From a virus: DNA of 64,000 bases. Location of the stretch: positions 32,001-96,000 of IMG/VR virus record IMGVR_UViG_3300028920_000041; one strand, written 5' to 3'. Shown here in pieces: positions 44,136-52,983 of the stretch (the stretch's first letter is position 1; each line of letters starts with the position of its first letter). Under the pieces are notes generated by a model. That model saw nothing but the letters and a program-made list of their open reading frames with translations, made no database searches and was not told the DNA's origin. The translations under genes and the position numbers were made by a program.

Positions 44136-45052
44136 TAGATCAAATCCTTCTATATGACCAAGCCGTTGTGACGTGGCTGAATAACACGCTTCCTCCTTTG
44201 TTGGAAGGTAGGAGTACGCAGATCTTGGTCTCGACAGCCAGGAAAGCGTATGCTGAAGTTACTACCGCACGACTCGCAGACAATGAGACGTTAACCACAC
44301 CGAGGATCTCTCTAACACGGCTTGATTACGTTAATGACCCTATGCGATTCAACTCTAACAGGGTTCGTAGACTGGGATGGTGCTCTACTCCAGTTAACCA
44401 ATCTTTGAGAAACGCCAAATTCCCAGCGCCGGTTACTATAAGCTACCAAGTAGATCTATGGACTCGTTTTGCTAAAGAAATGAATCTATGGGTTCAGCAA
44501 CTGATGTTTGACTTTGCACAACAGTACATTTACTTGAGCACAAGACCTGACTCTGTTTGGCAAGACAAACTCTTTATCATGTTCTTGGAAGGTGGGATTT
44601 CGGATAACTCCGAACTAGAACCGGGTGAAGGCGATAGGTCTATAAGAAGGACGTTTACCCTGAGAGCAGACGGCTGGATTTTCGATCAGTCTTTCTTGGA
44701 CACAAAAGTTGTCAAGTCTTTGGAGTTTCAGTGGTACGACAAAGACCTGGGAACGCAGTACGAGCTGTCTTTTCTTCCACCCTTAGAGGTAGTCGATCAA
44801 GGAACGGGCGGGCAAACCACGTTTAGCTTCACGGTCCCAAGGCCTCCAGTTTTAGAGCATTCTTTTGTTCTTCAGACATTGATAGGAACAGAAATAGAGC
44901 ATGTTCAAGATGACGGTTCTGGTAACCTATCTGGTGACAATGTCTCTTCAGGAACTTTGAACTATACAACAGGTGAAGTGTCTATCACGTTCTTTACAGC
45001 GCCGGATTCTGGTGCTGATTTGACGGTGACATACTTCACAGATCTGAGTTGA
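44132..45052 (+). CDS. gp15: Tail terminator/sheath stabiliser (T4 gp15-like) with C-terminal beta-sandwich
   Basis: PRISLTRLDYVNDPMR...PAPVTISYQVDLWTRF. Confidence 0.75.
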   Translation: MIDQILLYDQAVVTWLNNTLPPLLEGRSTQILVSTARKAYAEVTTARLADNETLTTPRISLTRLDYVNDPMRFNSNRVRRLGWCSTPVNQSLRNAKFPAPVTISYQVDLWTRFAKEMNLWVQQLMFDFAQQYIYLSTRPDSVWQDKLFIMFLEGGISDNSELEPGEGDRSIRRTFTLRADGWIFDQSFLDTKVVKSLEFQWYDKDLGTQYELSFLPPLEVVDQGTGGQTTFSFTVPRPPVLEHSFVLQTLIGTEIEHVQDDGSGNLSGDNVSSGTLNYTTGEVSITFFTAPDSGADLTVTYFTDLS

Positions 45053-45387
45053 CAATGATTATTGCTCAAATAAAGAACTTGTATCATGAACCACTTGTTA
45101 TATCACTCCTTGCCAAGGGCTTTGGAGGATCTGTACAAAACCGTCTCATGCTGCAGCTCCTAGTCGGTGACTGCATTGAAGTAGAATACAGCTCTGTTTC
45201 ACCAGAGCTTATTAGTATGGCTAAAAAAGGACGAGTGCAGATTGTAAAGATTACAACTGAAGTTGTTCCAACCGTCGAGCCAGAAAAAATTGATACGCCC
45301 CATGACGATCCGTCAAGTGTCAGTGCTGAATCTGATGATGTAGAAGAGCAGTTTAACAAAGAACTTGAAAGAGAACTTCTTGAGTAG
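45049..45387 (+). CDS. Hypothetical protein
   Basis: 112 aa, acidic tail; typical small gene before the sheath. Confidence 0.55.
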   Translation: MTMIIAQIKNLYHEPLVISLLAKGFGGSVQNRLMLQLLVGDCIEVEYSSVSPELISMAKKGRVQIVKITTEVVPTVEPEKIDTPHDDPSSVSAESDDVEEQFNKELERELLE

Positions 45388-45410
45388 CACAAGTTGGCAC
45401 TGATGCCAAC
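45388..45410 (+). promoter_or_regulatory. CACAAGTTGG hairpin upstream of the sheath gene
   Basis: GTTGGCA-CTGA-TGCCAAC 7-bp stem preceded by CACAA; AAGGAG SD follows. Confidence 0.55.
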
Positions 45411-45433
45411 AAGCAATATAAGGAGAAAAACAA

Positions 45434-47668
45434 ATGGCGTTCGTCAGTGCTGGAGCTTATGCACGAGAAGTAGATCTTTCTCTGTATGCAGAGACCATTA
45501 CCTCAACCATTCTTGGGATGGCCCACACGTTCAACAAGGGTCCTATTGGTACTCCTACTCTTATCACGAATATTGATAGGTTGATTGCCGAGTTTGGGGA
45601 ACCCATAGATCCAGGCTCTAGCTCTTCAGCATGCCAAGGTTGGTTTGCTGCCAGAGAGTATCTCAGAAAAGGTAATAAGCTTTATGTCAATAGGGTTGAG
45701 TCTACAGCTACTCCTGCAGCCTATGCAGCACAGTCCGTTCGTGGTGTAACGGATCAAACTCTGGCAACAGGTACAGACGGAGCTACTTCTGTTCCAGCAA
45801 CCAGAACACTAACATCGGCTACCGGGGATTTTGTAAATGATGGGATTTTGGTAGGCGATGTTTTGGAGGTTGACGAAGGTGGTGCCGATGATGGGTTCTA
45901 TGTTTTAACTGCGGTTGCTGCTACGGTCCTAACGATTGACAGAGACTGGCCTACAGGCTCTTTGGCCGATCAAGACTTCACGGTTTGGACAGCAAAGAAA
46001 GAGGAAGGTGAAGACGGTGTTACAAGCGCTCTTGGCGTTCGTACACTAACCTCTGCAGCATCCACGTTCCAGACCAATGGTGTTGCGGCTGGAGATATCC
46101 TCAAGATTGCGGATCCCGGTGACACGGGGGATAACGGTGTCTATTACATTGCATCGGTTGACAGCGAAACGCAGCTAACGGTTAACAGGGACTGGCAGGA
46201 AGGTGGCCTGTCTACGCTTACCTTTACGGTTTATGGTCCAAACAGCTCCGGAGCAACAGGAAGCACCGCTACAGCCGGTGAGTTTGCCGATACGAACGCC
46301 AAGTTCCAAGATCACGGTGTTCAAGCTGGAGATATCCTCTGGATTAAGGACGCTGTTGATATTGGTGATAATGGCTATTACATGATCACAGGCCTCAAGA
46401 CAGGCTCTGAAGATACCACGCTAGAGGTTAACGAAACAGCGTGGCCTGCAGGATCTCTGACGGGTCTTACCTATGAGGTTTTTCCAGGCTCTGTTACGTA
46501 TCAAGGTGCAACAAAGGGAACCGCTTTCAGTGGTCTCAGAATTATCCCTTCTGTTAATGCCAATGACAATACCAAGGTGGACCTTGAGACCAAAAACTCT
46601 GCTGGTACATTCAGGCTTGAAAAAGTCTTTTCCATGGATCGCACTGATGCGGATACGGTGATGTCTTCTGACAGTGCGTATTGGACAGCAACCATAAGGT
46701 CTAACCGGTCAGACATCGTTGCAGGGGATACATTTACGGTCTCTGGTGGAGATGATGGGTACACAGGGATCGTAGATAGTGACTACATTGGCAACTCTAC
46801 TTTAGGTACAGGACTCCGAGGCTTTAGCAATGCAGAAGCAATTGACGTAAACTTGCTTGTGTGCCCCGGGCAATCGAGCCAGAACGTACAAGATGAGCTA
46901 ATCAATATCTGTGAGTCAAGAGCAGACTGTATGGCGATTGTAGATCCGCCAGATTGGTCTGCAATCGATACAGTCCAAGAGATTTTGAACTTCCACAATG
47001 GGACTCTAACGCGCACTACAGCGCTCAACACAACCTATGGTGCTTTGTATTGGACTTGGCAGAAAGTTTATGATGAGTACCATGATGTTGATGTGTGGAC
47101 GGCACCCTCGGGTCACATGGCAGCAGTCTATGCCAATAACGATAACGTTCAGGCTCCTTGGTTTGCCCCGGCTGGATTAAAGCGTGGTAAGCTGACTGGA
47201 TCTACCGATGTTCGTTACTCGCCCAATCAGGATGACAGAGACGCTCTTTATGGGCCTGGAGCACGGGTCAACCCCATTGTCAACTTCACAGGCTCTGGGA
47301 TCTATGCTTTTGGTCAGAAAACACTAACCACAGCGACTACAGCACTTGATAGGGTCAATGTTCGTCGGATGCTGCTTTATGTGGAAAAGGTCATTGCTAC
47401 AGCATCTAGACAGCTTGTTTTTGATCCGAATGATGATGTACTAGAGAGGGAGTTTAAGCAGCTAGTAGAGCCTGTGCTGGACGATGTTTTGTCCAGGCGC
47501 GGGATCGCTGAGTACCTGATAACAACGGCTACGACAGATTCAGACAGAGACAACAACAAAGCCGTGTTTAAGATCTTCATCAAACCGATAAAATCAGCCG
47601 AGATTATCGAGATAGTCTTTGCTTTAACCTCGCAAGGGGCAAATTTTTCTGAGCTTATAGCAGCATAG
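45434..47668 (+). CDS. gp18: Contractile tail sheath protein
   Basis: VSAGAYAREVDLS, KGPIGTPTLIT, PWFAPAG..RGKL, INVRRML, IFIKPIKSAEIIEI. Confidence 0.95.
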   Translation: MAFVSAGAYAREVDLSLYAETITSTILGMAHTFNKGPIGTPTLITNIDRLIAEFGEPIDPGSSSSACQGWFAAREYLRKGNKLYVNRVESTATPAAYAAQSVRGVTDQTLATGTDGATSVPATRTLTSATGDFVNDGILVGDVLEVDEGGADDGFYVLTAVAATVLTIDRDWPTGSLADQDFTVWTAKKEEGEDGVTSALGVRTLTSAASTFQTNGVAAGDILKIADPGDTGDNGVYYIASVDSETQLTVNRDWQEGGLSTLTFTVYGPNSSGATGSTATAGEFADTNAKFQDHGVQAGDILWIKDAVDIGDNGYYMITGLKTGSEDTTLEVNETAWPAGSLTGLTYEVFPGSVTYQGATKGTAFSGLRIIPSVNANDNTKVDLETKNSAGTFRLEKVFSMDRTDADTVMSSDSAYWTATIRSNRSDIVAGDTFTVSGGDDGYTGIVDSDYIGNSTLGTGLRGFSNAEAIDVNLLVCPGQSSQNVQDELINICESRADCMAIVDPPDWSAIDTVQEILNFHNGTLTRTTALNTTYGALYWTWQKVYDEYHDVDVWTAPSGHMAAVYANNDNVQAPWFAPAGLKRGKLTGSTDVRYSPNQDDRDALYGPGARVNPIVNFTGSGIYAFGQKTLTTATTALDRVNVRRMLLYVEKVIATASRQLVFDPNDDVLEREFKQLVEPVLDDVLSRRGIAEYLITTATTDSDRDNNKAVFKIFIKPIKSAEIIEIVFALTSQGANFSELIAA

Positions 47669-47682
47669 GCAGGGGTTACGGG

Positions 47683-47955
47683 CTAGGCAGGGGTAGGGCT
47701 TTCGATAACGTCTTCGACAGTTTCACCTCTGCTTAGTCTTGCTTTTATCTCTTTTGAGTCTAGTAGCAAGATCTCTGCAATATCTTCCAAAGTAAACACT
47801 TCACCTCGGTATTCAAACAGCTCGGGTTCTTCTTTCGCTGGTAGGATCAAGACTATTCGTTTAAGAAAGCTGTTTGTCAGGAGTAAGAAGATCTTCGTTG
47901 TTGTCAAGTACAACATACTAGCCAGTTTACAAATAGTCCCATTACGAATTGACAT
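47683..47955 (-). CDS. Small antisense gene with HNH-endonuclease-type C-terminal DNA-binding helix motif
   Basis: AAGGGAG SD before ATG 47955; FEYRGEVFTLEDIAEIL...EIKARLSRGETVEDVI. Confidence 0.55.
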   Translation of the reverse strand: MSIRNGTICKLASMLYLTTTKIFLLLTNSFLKRIVLILPAKEEPELFEYRGEVFTLEDIAEILLLDSKEIKARLSRGETVEDVIESPTPA

Positions 47956-48031
47956 AAGGTGTCTCCCTTTTGACAGTATCTGTTGATGTTCAGGCAACTC
48001 TGACTTTTCAGGCAAACCCTACCGGCGACGA

Positions 48032-48059
48032 AGTATATAGCGTAGATCTCGAAAGTCAA
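48032..48059 (-). promoter_or_regulatory. Candidate strong sigma70 promoter (minus strand)
   Basis: TTGACT-16 nt-TATACT, each 5/6 to consensus. Confidence 0.6.
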
Positions 48060-48079
48060 CAACATTCAGGAGAAATTTT

Positions 48080-48625
48080 ATGGCTCTCACAAATCCGATG
48101 TCTGCGGACCACATAGCTGCAGAAGCAGGATCTTTTGAACCCCAAAGGTCCAATAACTTCTCTATAGAAATTGCTCTGGAAGCAGCGGACAAAGACCTTA
48201 TTATCATGGGTCTTCAGTCTGTACCACTTCCAAACGAAAGCAATGATGAAATAGAGATCCAGTATCAGAATGAAAAGAGGTACATTGCTGGCCAATACAC
48301 AATAGACTCGACAACGCTGATTGTCAGAGACTTTGTCGATCAGGACACGCGTGGTGCTTTAATGCGTTGGCGAAAGAAAGTCTATGATCCGGCTACAGGT
48401 CAGGTAGGCTTAGCAGCGGACTATAAGAAGTCAGCAAACATCGTCCTTACGGCTCCAGATGGATCAGAAAAGCGCGTTTGCAAGCTCAAGGGAACGTGGC
48501 CACAGGCTTTGACCGGTGGAAACCTTGCTATGGATGCAAGTGACCAAGTGTTAGTTGAGTTGACCCTTCGGGTAGACAAAGCAATCTGGGATCTGCCCGG
48601 TGCCTCTGGTGGGGGTGCTGGTTAG
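48080..48625 (+). CDS. gp19: Tail tube protein (T4 gp19-like)
   Basis: FEPQRSNNF...LPNESNDEIEI...WRKKVYDPATG...YKK...GTWP; AGGAG SD. Confidence 0.9.
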   Translation: MALTNPMSADHIAAEAGSFEPQRSNNFSIEIALEAADKDLIIMGLQSVPLPNESNDEIEIQYQNEKRYIAGQYTIDSTTLIVRDFVDQDTRGALMRWRKKVYDPATGQVGLAADYKKSANIVLTAPDGSEKRVCKLKGTWPQALTGGNLAMDASDQVLVELTLRVDKAIWDLPGASGGGAG

Positions 48626-48683
48626 GCCTAAACCTATCTTCAACTAGCTTACTCAGTCAAACAATTGTCAATAGGGGTGTCAA

Positions 48684-49469
48684 ATGGGGAAAGAGTATAT
48701 TGGTGAGTTGCAAGTTGCTTCTAAGGGATTACTCTATGATGAAAAATTTCCATCTGGAAAGCTTCATGTAGAGCCATGGGGAACCCAAGAAGAGCGGCTT
48801 TTGATCTCGCCCAACATAGACTATGATGAGGTTATAGATAGGCTCGTAAAACGTCTTACCGATTGTCCTATTCCCGCCGACGATCTAACCCTCCCTGACA
48901 GGCAACACATTTTCATTTACATGCGGTGTCTTTCTTTTGGAGGGGACTACTCGTTCTTCTTCCAATGCTCGGAGTGTAAAGAGAAAGTGAAACACTCTAT
49001 GGATTTGGAAAAAGAGCTTGATGTCAAGTACGCTGATGATCCTGAGTTGCTTAGTTCGCTAGGTTTTGATGATGCTGAAGACTTCAAAGAACCCTTCGAG
49101 TTTGTGCTACCTCTAAAGCAACAACGGGTTGGCTGGCGTATGCTTCGCGGCAAGGATGAAAGGAAGGTTAAAAAGTACGTACAAAAGATGACCAAGAGGC
49201 ATGGATCTGATGAGCGTTATGACTACATCTATAGAGCGGCTTTGCGCATTGTCTCAGTAGATGGTAAAGACCTAGAGATTACAGACAAGCTCTCTTTTGT
49301 CTCCAGCCTCAAAGGCAAAGATGCTTTAGCTATTCGTCAGGCAGTGGATAAGGTTGATTTTGGGTTGGACACAGAGCTTGAGGTTAAGTGTCGAAGTTGC
49401 GGCTATCCAAATGATCTGATTATGCCGATAGATAAGAGCTTTTTTCGTCCTGAGCGGTCAGTTATATAG
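48684..49469 (+). CDS. gp26: Baseplate hub assembly/tail chaperone (T4 gp26-like)
   Basis: LTLPDRQHIFIYMRCLSFG...CSEC...CRSCG...SFFRP; upstream of the tape measure gene. Confidence 0.75.
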   Translation: MGKEYIGELQVASKGLLYDEKFPSGKLHVEPWGTQEERLLISPNIDYDEVIDRLVKRLTDCPIPADDLTLPDRQHIFIYMRCLSFGGDYSFFFQCSECKEKVKHSMDLEKELDVKYADDPELLSSLGFDDAEDFKEPFEFVLPLKQQRVGWRMLRGKDERKVKKYVQKMTKRHGSDERYDYIYRAALRIVSVDGKDLEITDKLSFVSSLKGKDALAIRQAVDKVDFGLDTELEVKCRSCGYPNDLIMPIDKSFFRPERSVI

Positions 49470-49647
49470 CGTCCAAGATCAGGCTAGTATCATAAATGAC
49501 CTAGTCTTCTATGGAGGTTTTAGTTACGAAGCCGCCGTAACGATGCCAGTGTTCGAAAGAGACTTTCATCATCAGGAGATAAAGCGCAAGAGATCTGAAG
49601 AAAGAGATTTTCAACTAGCAATCCATGGCGTGAAGAAGAAGAGCTAA
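49432..49647 (+). CDS. gp51-like chaperone extension in the +1 frame lacking its own start
   Basis: Open frame ...DLVFYGGFSYEAAVTMPVFERDFH...; TAATG-coupled to the tape measure gene; T6 run at 49440-49445. Confidence 0.6.
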   Translation: MRAFFVLSGQLYSVQDQASIINDLVFYGGFSYEAAVTMPVFERDFHHQEIKRKRSEERDFQLAIHGVKKKS

Positions 49648-52052
49648 TGCCGAACGACAAAAAAGACAATCCGTTTTTCTTTGAAGCTGGGCTTGATGTC
49701 TCAGATCTTCAGAAGTCTTTGACAAAAGCGGAGAAGTCTTATCTGGCGTTTAGCAAGCAAATAGGTGAGACGGTTGAAGGCCTCGAAGAGCAAGAACAAG
49801 TCCATAAAAAGGTAGGCGAGAGAGCTAAAGAGTCAGCGGAGAAAGAAGAGGAAGCCGCTAAGAAGACAAGCAACTGGCTTAGCCGTTTATTCAAGAAAAG
49901 ACAAAAGTCAGAACGAGATCGCAAGAGGAAGGAAAAGGATTCAGAGCAGTCTGGAAAAGATAGACTTAGCTTTACCAAGTCTGTAGGTGCTGGCGTTACC
50001 AAAGTGTTGCAAAGGGAGCGTTCTGCAGCCGATGCACTAGGGCTTTCTTTTTCCAATTTAGCAGCTCTTATAGGTGGTGTTACTGTAGTTGGGTTGATCG
50101 GAAAAGCTATAAAAGACTACCTTGAATTTGACTCTCAGATACGGTCTTTGAATGTTTCGATGGGATCTACTCCAAAGATTATGCAGGTAGCAGCGACAAG
50201 CATCCGAGACTTGACAGGCTACTTGAACGTAACCCGGGAAGAGCTTTCATCCGTAACAAAGCTTATGGGTGAGACCCGGATGTTTGCAAAGAACACAGAT
50301 GAAGCAGCGCGATCGTTCCGTGCTTTGACAATGGACGTTATTCACTTGAGCAAGTCCATGGATGTCTCTATGGATTCCGTTGTTGGCATGTTCGAAAACT
50401 TTACAAGAGTCTATAAGTTGCCACACCATAGATTGAGAAACATAGCAGCATCCATGAAATTCATTCAAGAGCAGACTTCAATCAGTGGTCAAGAGCTTGT
50501 CTCGTTTAGTGAAGGCCTTGATGAAGTCATCTCCAGAATGATCCGTACAACAGAGGAGGGAAGAGCCCAAGCAACTGCTGACTTGATGGCTATGGCTGGA
50601 GTCTTAAAGTATATGGGAGTTCAGCCGCAAAAGGTTTCTCAGATGTTTGGGGAAGCCATGAAACTGCATTCAGAGCAAGGCGCGCAGTTCCTTTCGTTCA
50701 TTACAGAAGGTACGGACAAGTCTGCAGAGCAAGTCAGGCGTATGATGCAGGCAGGAGATATGCAGACGCCTTTGACAATGCTGATTAATAGGATCAAAAA
50801 AGAAGGTCCGGAGTACTTAGAGCGTAACGAAGAGTGGTTGACAGAAGTAACAGGTATGACGTTTGCTGAGCTAAGAAACATACAGCAGTCTAGCACTCAA
50901 GGTATGCAAGATCTATTTGAGCGAAATCGTAAGGAATACATTCGTGGTCAAAAGCATGCAGAGGAAGCACAAAAGAGGCAGCATGCTTTGTCGAAACTGT
51001 GGAACAACCTAAAGCGCGTTGCGGAACGTGTCTGGCTCGGTATTGGTAAGGTGTTTGTGTCTGTAGCATCCAAGGTATCTAACATCTTGGTTCCTGTTCT
51101 TCAGAACATGATGGAACGGCTAGACAGATGGCTCAGTGATCCAAGGGGTGCTGAATCTATAAACGAGTGGGCAAAGCGCTTGGTAGGTTGGTTTAAGTCA
51201 ATCTACGAATGGGCAGTTAACGCACTCGTTCCAGCGATTGCCGCTGTTGCAGGTGTTGTCAAGTCTGCAATCAATTGGTGGCAGAATTTGTCTGGTACAG
51301 AGCAGAGTATTGTCAAATGGGGAATGGCTGTTGGTGCTGTAATGACCATGATTGGAGGCAAGACAGGCCTTGTCGTGGGTGCTTTTAGCGCTGCTTTTAG
51401 TGTGGGTATGAAGCTTGGTGAAGCCATTCACGAGATCACAGGCGGTGCTGATAAACTGCGTATGACTATGGAGTCTTTAAGATTCTACAAGAGGTTGAAT
51501 AAAGCAGAATCGACTCAAATGGAATTTAAAGACATGATGCAGCGTGCTAGCCATATGCAGACTGGTAAGAACATTGCCATTGAAGAACTCCAAAGGTTCA
51601 TAGCATCAGGTGTTATAGATAGCAGTGGAGCAGTTAACTTAAACCATCCTGTGATTCGTGCCATGACAGCAGATCAAGGAATTGGTCCAGTTAAAGCACT
51701 TCAAAAAACCATCTCAAAGTCTTTGGCAAATGCAGCCTCAATAGAGACAGCCATAGGATCCAAGGCGGTTACTTCAGGCGATATACTATCAGAAGCTGGA
51801 TCTTCTTTCCGGATAGCAGCACCTACAGCAAAGCCTACAGGTGTCCAGGCAGCTCCATCTATGCCGCTTCCAGGGGTTGGTGCACCACCTGTAGATGTCC
51901 AACCGGCCGCACCACCACCTTCCCCTGTTGTCAAGGTCAGCACAGATAGCCCAAAGGAAGAAAGGCTCCTTGGAGAGATCAGAGACACGTTAGTGCGTAT
52001 CTCTGGTAAGGGTATAGCTCACCCGTCCAGACAACTCTTGCATGCTACGTAG
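49647..52052 (+). CDS. Tape measure protein
   Basis: 801 aa, largely helical, Trp-periodic C-terminal half, between the chaperone and baseplate genes. Confidence 0.8.
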   Translation: MPNDKKDNPFFFEAGLDVSDLQKSLTKAEKSYLAFSKQIGETVEGLEEQEQVHKKVGERAKESAEKEEEAAKKTSNWLSRLFKKRQKSERDRKRKEKDSEQSGKDRLSFTKSVGAGVTKVLQRERSAADALGLSFSNLAALIGGVTVVGLIGKAIKDYLEFDSQIRSLNVSMGSTPKIMQVAATSIRDLTGYLNVTREELSSVTKLMGETRMFAKNTDEAARSFRALTMDVIHLSKSMDVSMDSVVGMFENFTRVYKLPHHRLRNIAASMKFIQEQTSISGQELVSFSEGLDEVISRMIRTTEEGRAQATADLMAMAGVLKYMGVQPQKVSQMFGEAMKLHSEQGAQFLSFITEGTDKSAEQVRRMMQAGDMQTPLTMLINRIKKEGPEYLERNEEWLTEVTGMTFAELRNIQQSSTQGMQDLFERNRKEYIRGQKHAEEAQKRQHALSKLWNNLKRVAERVWLGIGKVFVSVASKVSNILVPVLQNMMERLDRWLSDPRGAESINEWAKRLVGWFKSIYEWAVNALVPAIAAVAGVVKSAINWWQNLSGTEQSIVKWGMAVGAVMTMIGGKTGLVVGAFSAAFSVGMKLGEAIHEITGGADKLRMTMESLRFYKRLNKAESTQMEFKDMMQRASHMQTGKNIAIEELQRFIASGVIDSSGAVNLNHPVIRAMTADQGIGPVKALQKTISKSLANAASIETAIGSKAVTSGDILSEAGSSFRIAAPTAKPTGVQAAPSMPLPGVGAPPVDVQPAAPPPSPVVKVSTDSPKEERLLGEIRDTLVRISGKGIAHPSRQLLHAT

Positions 52053-52060
52053 GATCAATC

Positions 52061-52594
52061 ATGCCAGTTGGAGTTGAAGGTCATATTATAGATTATGACG
52101 CTAGGCGAAGTCCTTCCAGGGGTACTGAGAAAGACTCTGTCAAGTTCTTGTATTATGAAGATATAGAAACGTCTGTAGACACTGTTTATGAAGACCAGTC
52201 TGTTAGAGGTAGATCTGAAGAACACGTTTTCTACTCCCACACTTCAGGTGAGAGCTATAGCTTCTCTGTAAGACTGCCATCATCCGTCAATGAGTCTGAC
52301 GGATCTAATGCCAAAAAGTCCTATCAAGATTATCTCTTTATCAAGTCTTTTGCATACCCGGACTATGGACCCTCTTTCACAGGCCCAACGATCCCACCTA
52401 GGAAAGCCATCATCACAATAGGAAGGTGGTTCAAAGAAGTAGGAATCATAAAGAGCCCATCGGCTACGTTTTCCAAAGTCTGTGATGAGGACGGGTATCC
52501 ACACTTGATAGATGTTAGGTTCCAATTCCGTGTTATCAATTCCCGTGCTTTGAGCTTTAGAGATGTCAGAGCAAACAGAGGCAGAGATCTCTAA
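52061..52594 (+). CDS. Tail tube initiator/baseplate protein (gp48/gp54-like)
   Basis: YEDQSVRGRSE...YSFSV...AYPDY...PPRKAIITIG. Confidence 0.7.
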   Translation: MPVGVEGHIIDYDARRSPSRGTEKDSVKFLYYEDIETSVDTVYEDQSVRGRSEEHVFYSHTSGESYSFSVRLPSSVNESDGSNAKKSYQDYLFIKSFAYPDYGPSFTGPTIPPRKAIITIGRWFKEVGIIKSPSATFSKVCDEDGYPHLIDVRFQFRVINSRALSFRDVRANRGRDL

Positions 52595-52983
52595 TGGCTG
52601 AAACAAACAAAGTCAAAGAGGACAGCCAGGGAAAAACGGTTTTCATCGAAAACCAAGAACCCAATAGGCCTCTTTCTCGATACAACGGACTTCGAACGCT
52701 ACTTAATGCGAACCGTTTCCCTGTCATGGAAACTTGGGAAATGGACGAGATAGAAGAGTCAGAAGACGATACATACTTTCGTGTGACAGTAGAGTTTGCA
52801 CATAGACCAGACATCATCTCTCAGATCTTTTACGGTACCGAACAGCTTTATTGGGTCATTGCTTTTGTCAACAAGCTGACAGAGCCCTTTGCACAAACTA
52901 TTGTCGGAAAGACTTTCAGAATACCTAGTAGAGAGAACGTATTTCAAACGATCTTGGTTAATCAAAACGCTCGAAGTTCATAA
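52594..52983 (+). CDS. gp53: Baseplate wedge LysM-like protein (T4 gp53-like)
   Basis: RPDIISQIFYGTEQLYWVIAFVN...FRIP. Confidence 0.8.
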   Translation: MAETNKVKEDSQGKTVFIENQEPNRPLSRYNGLRTLLNANRFPVMETWEMDEIEESEDDTYFRVTVEFAHRPDIISQIFYGTEQLYWVIAFVNKLTEPFAQTIVGKTFRIPSRENVFQTILVNQNARSS

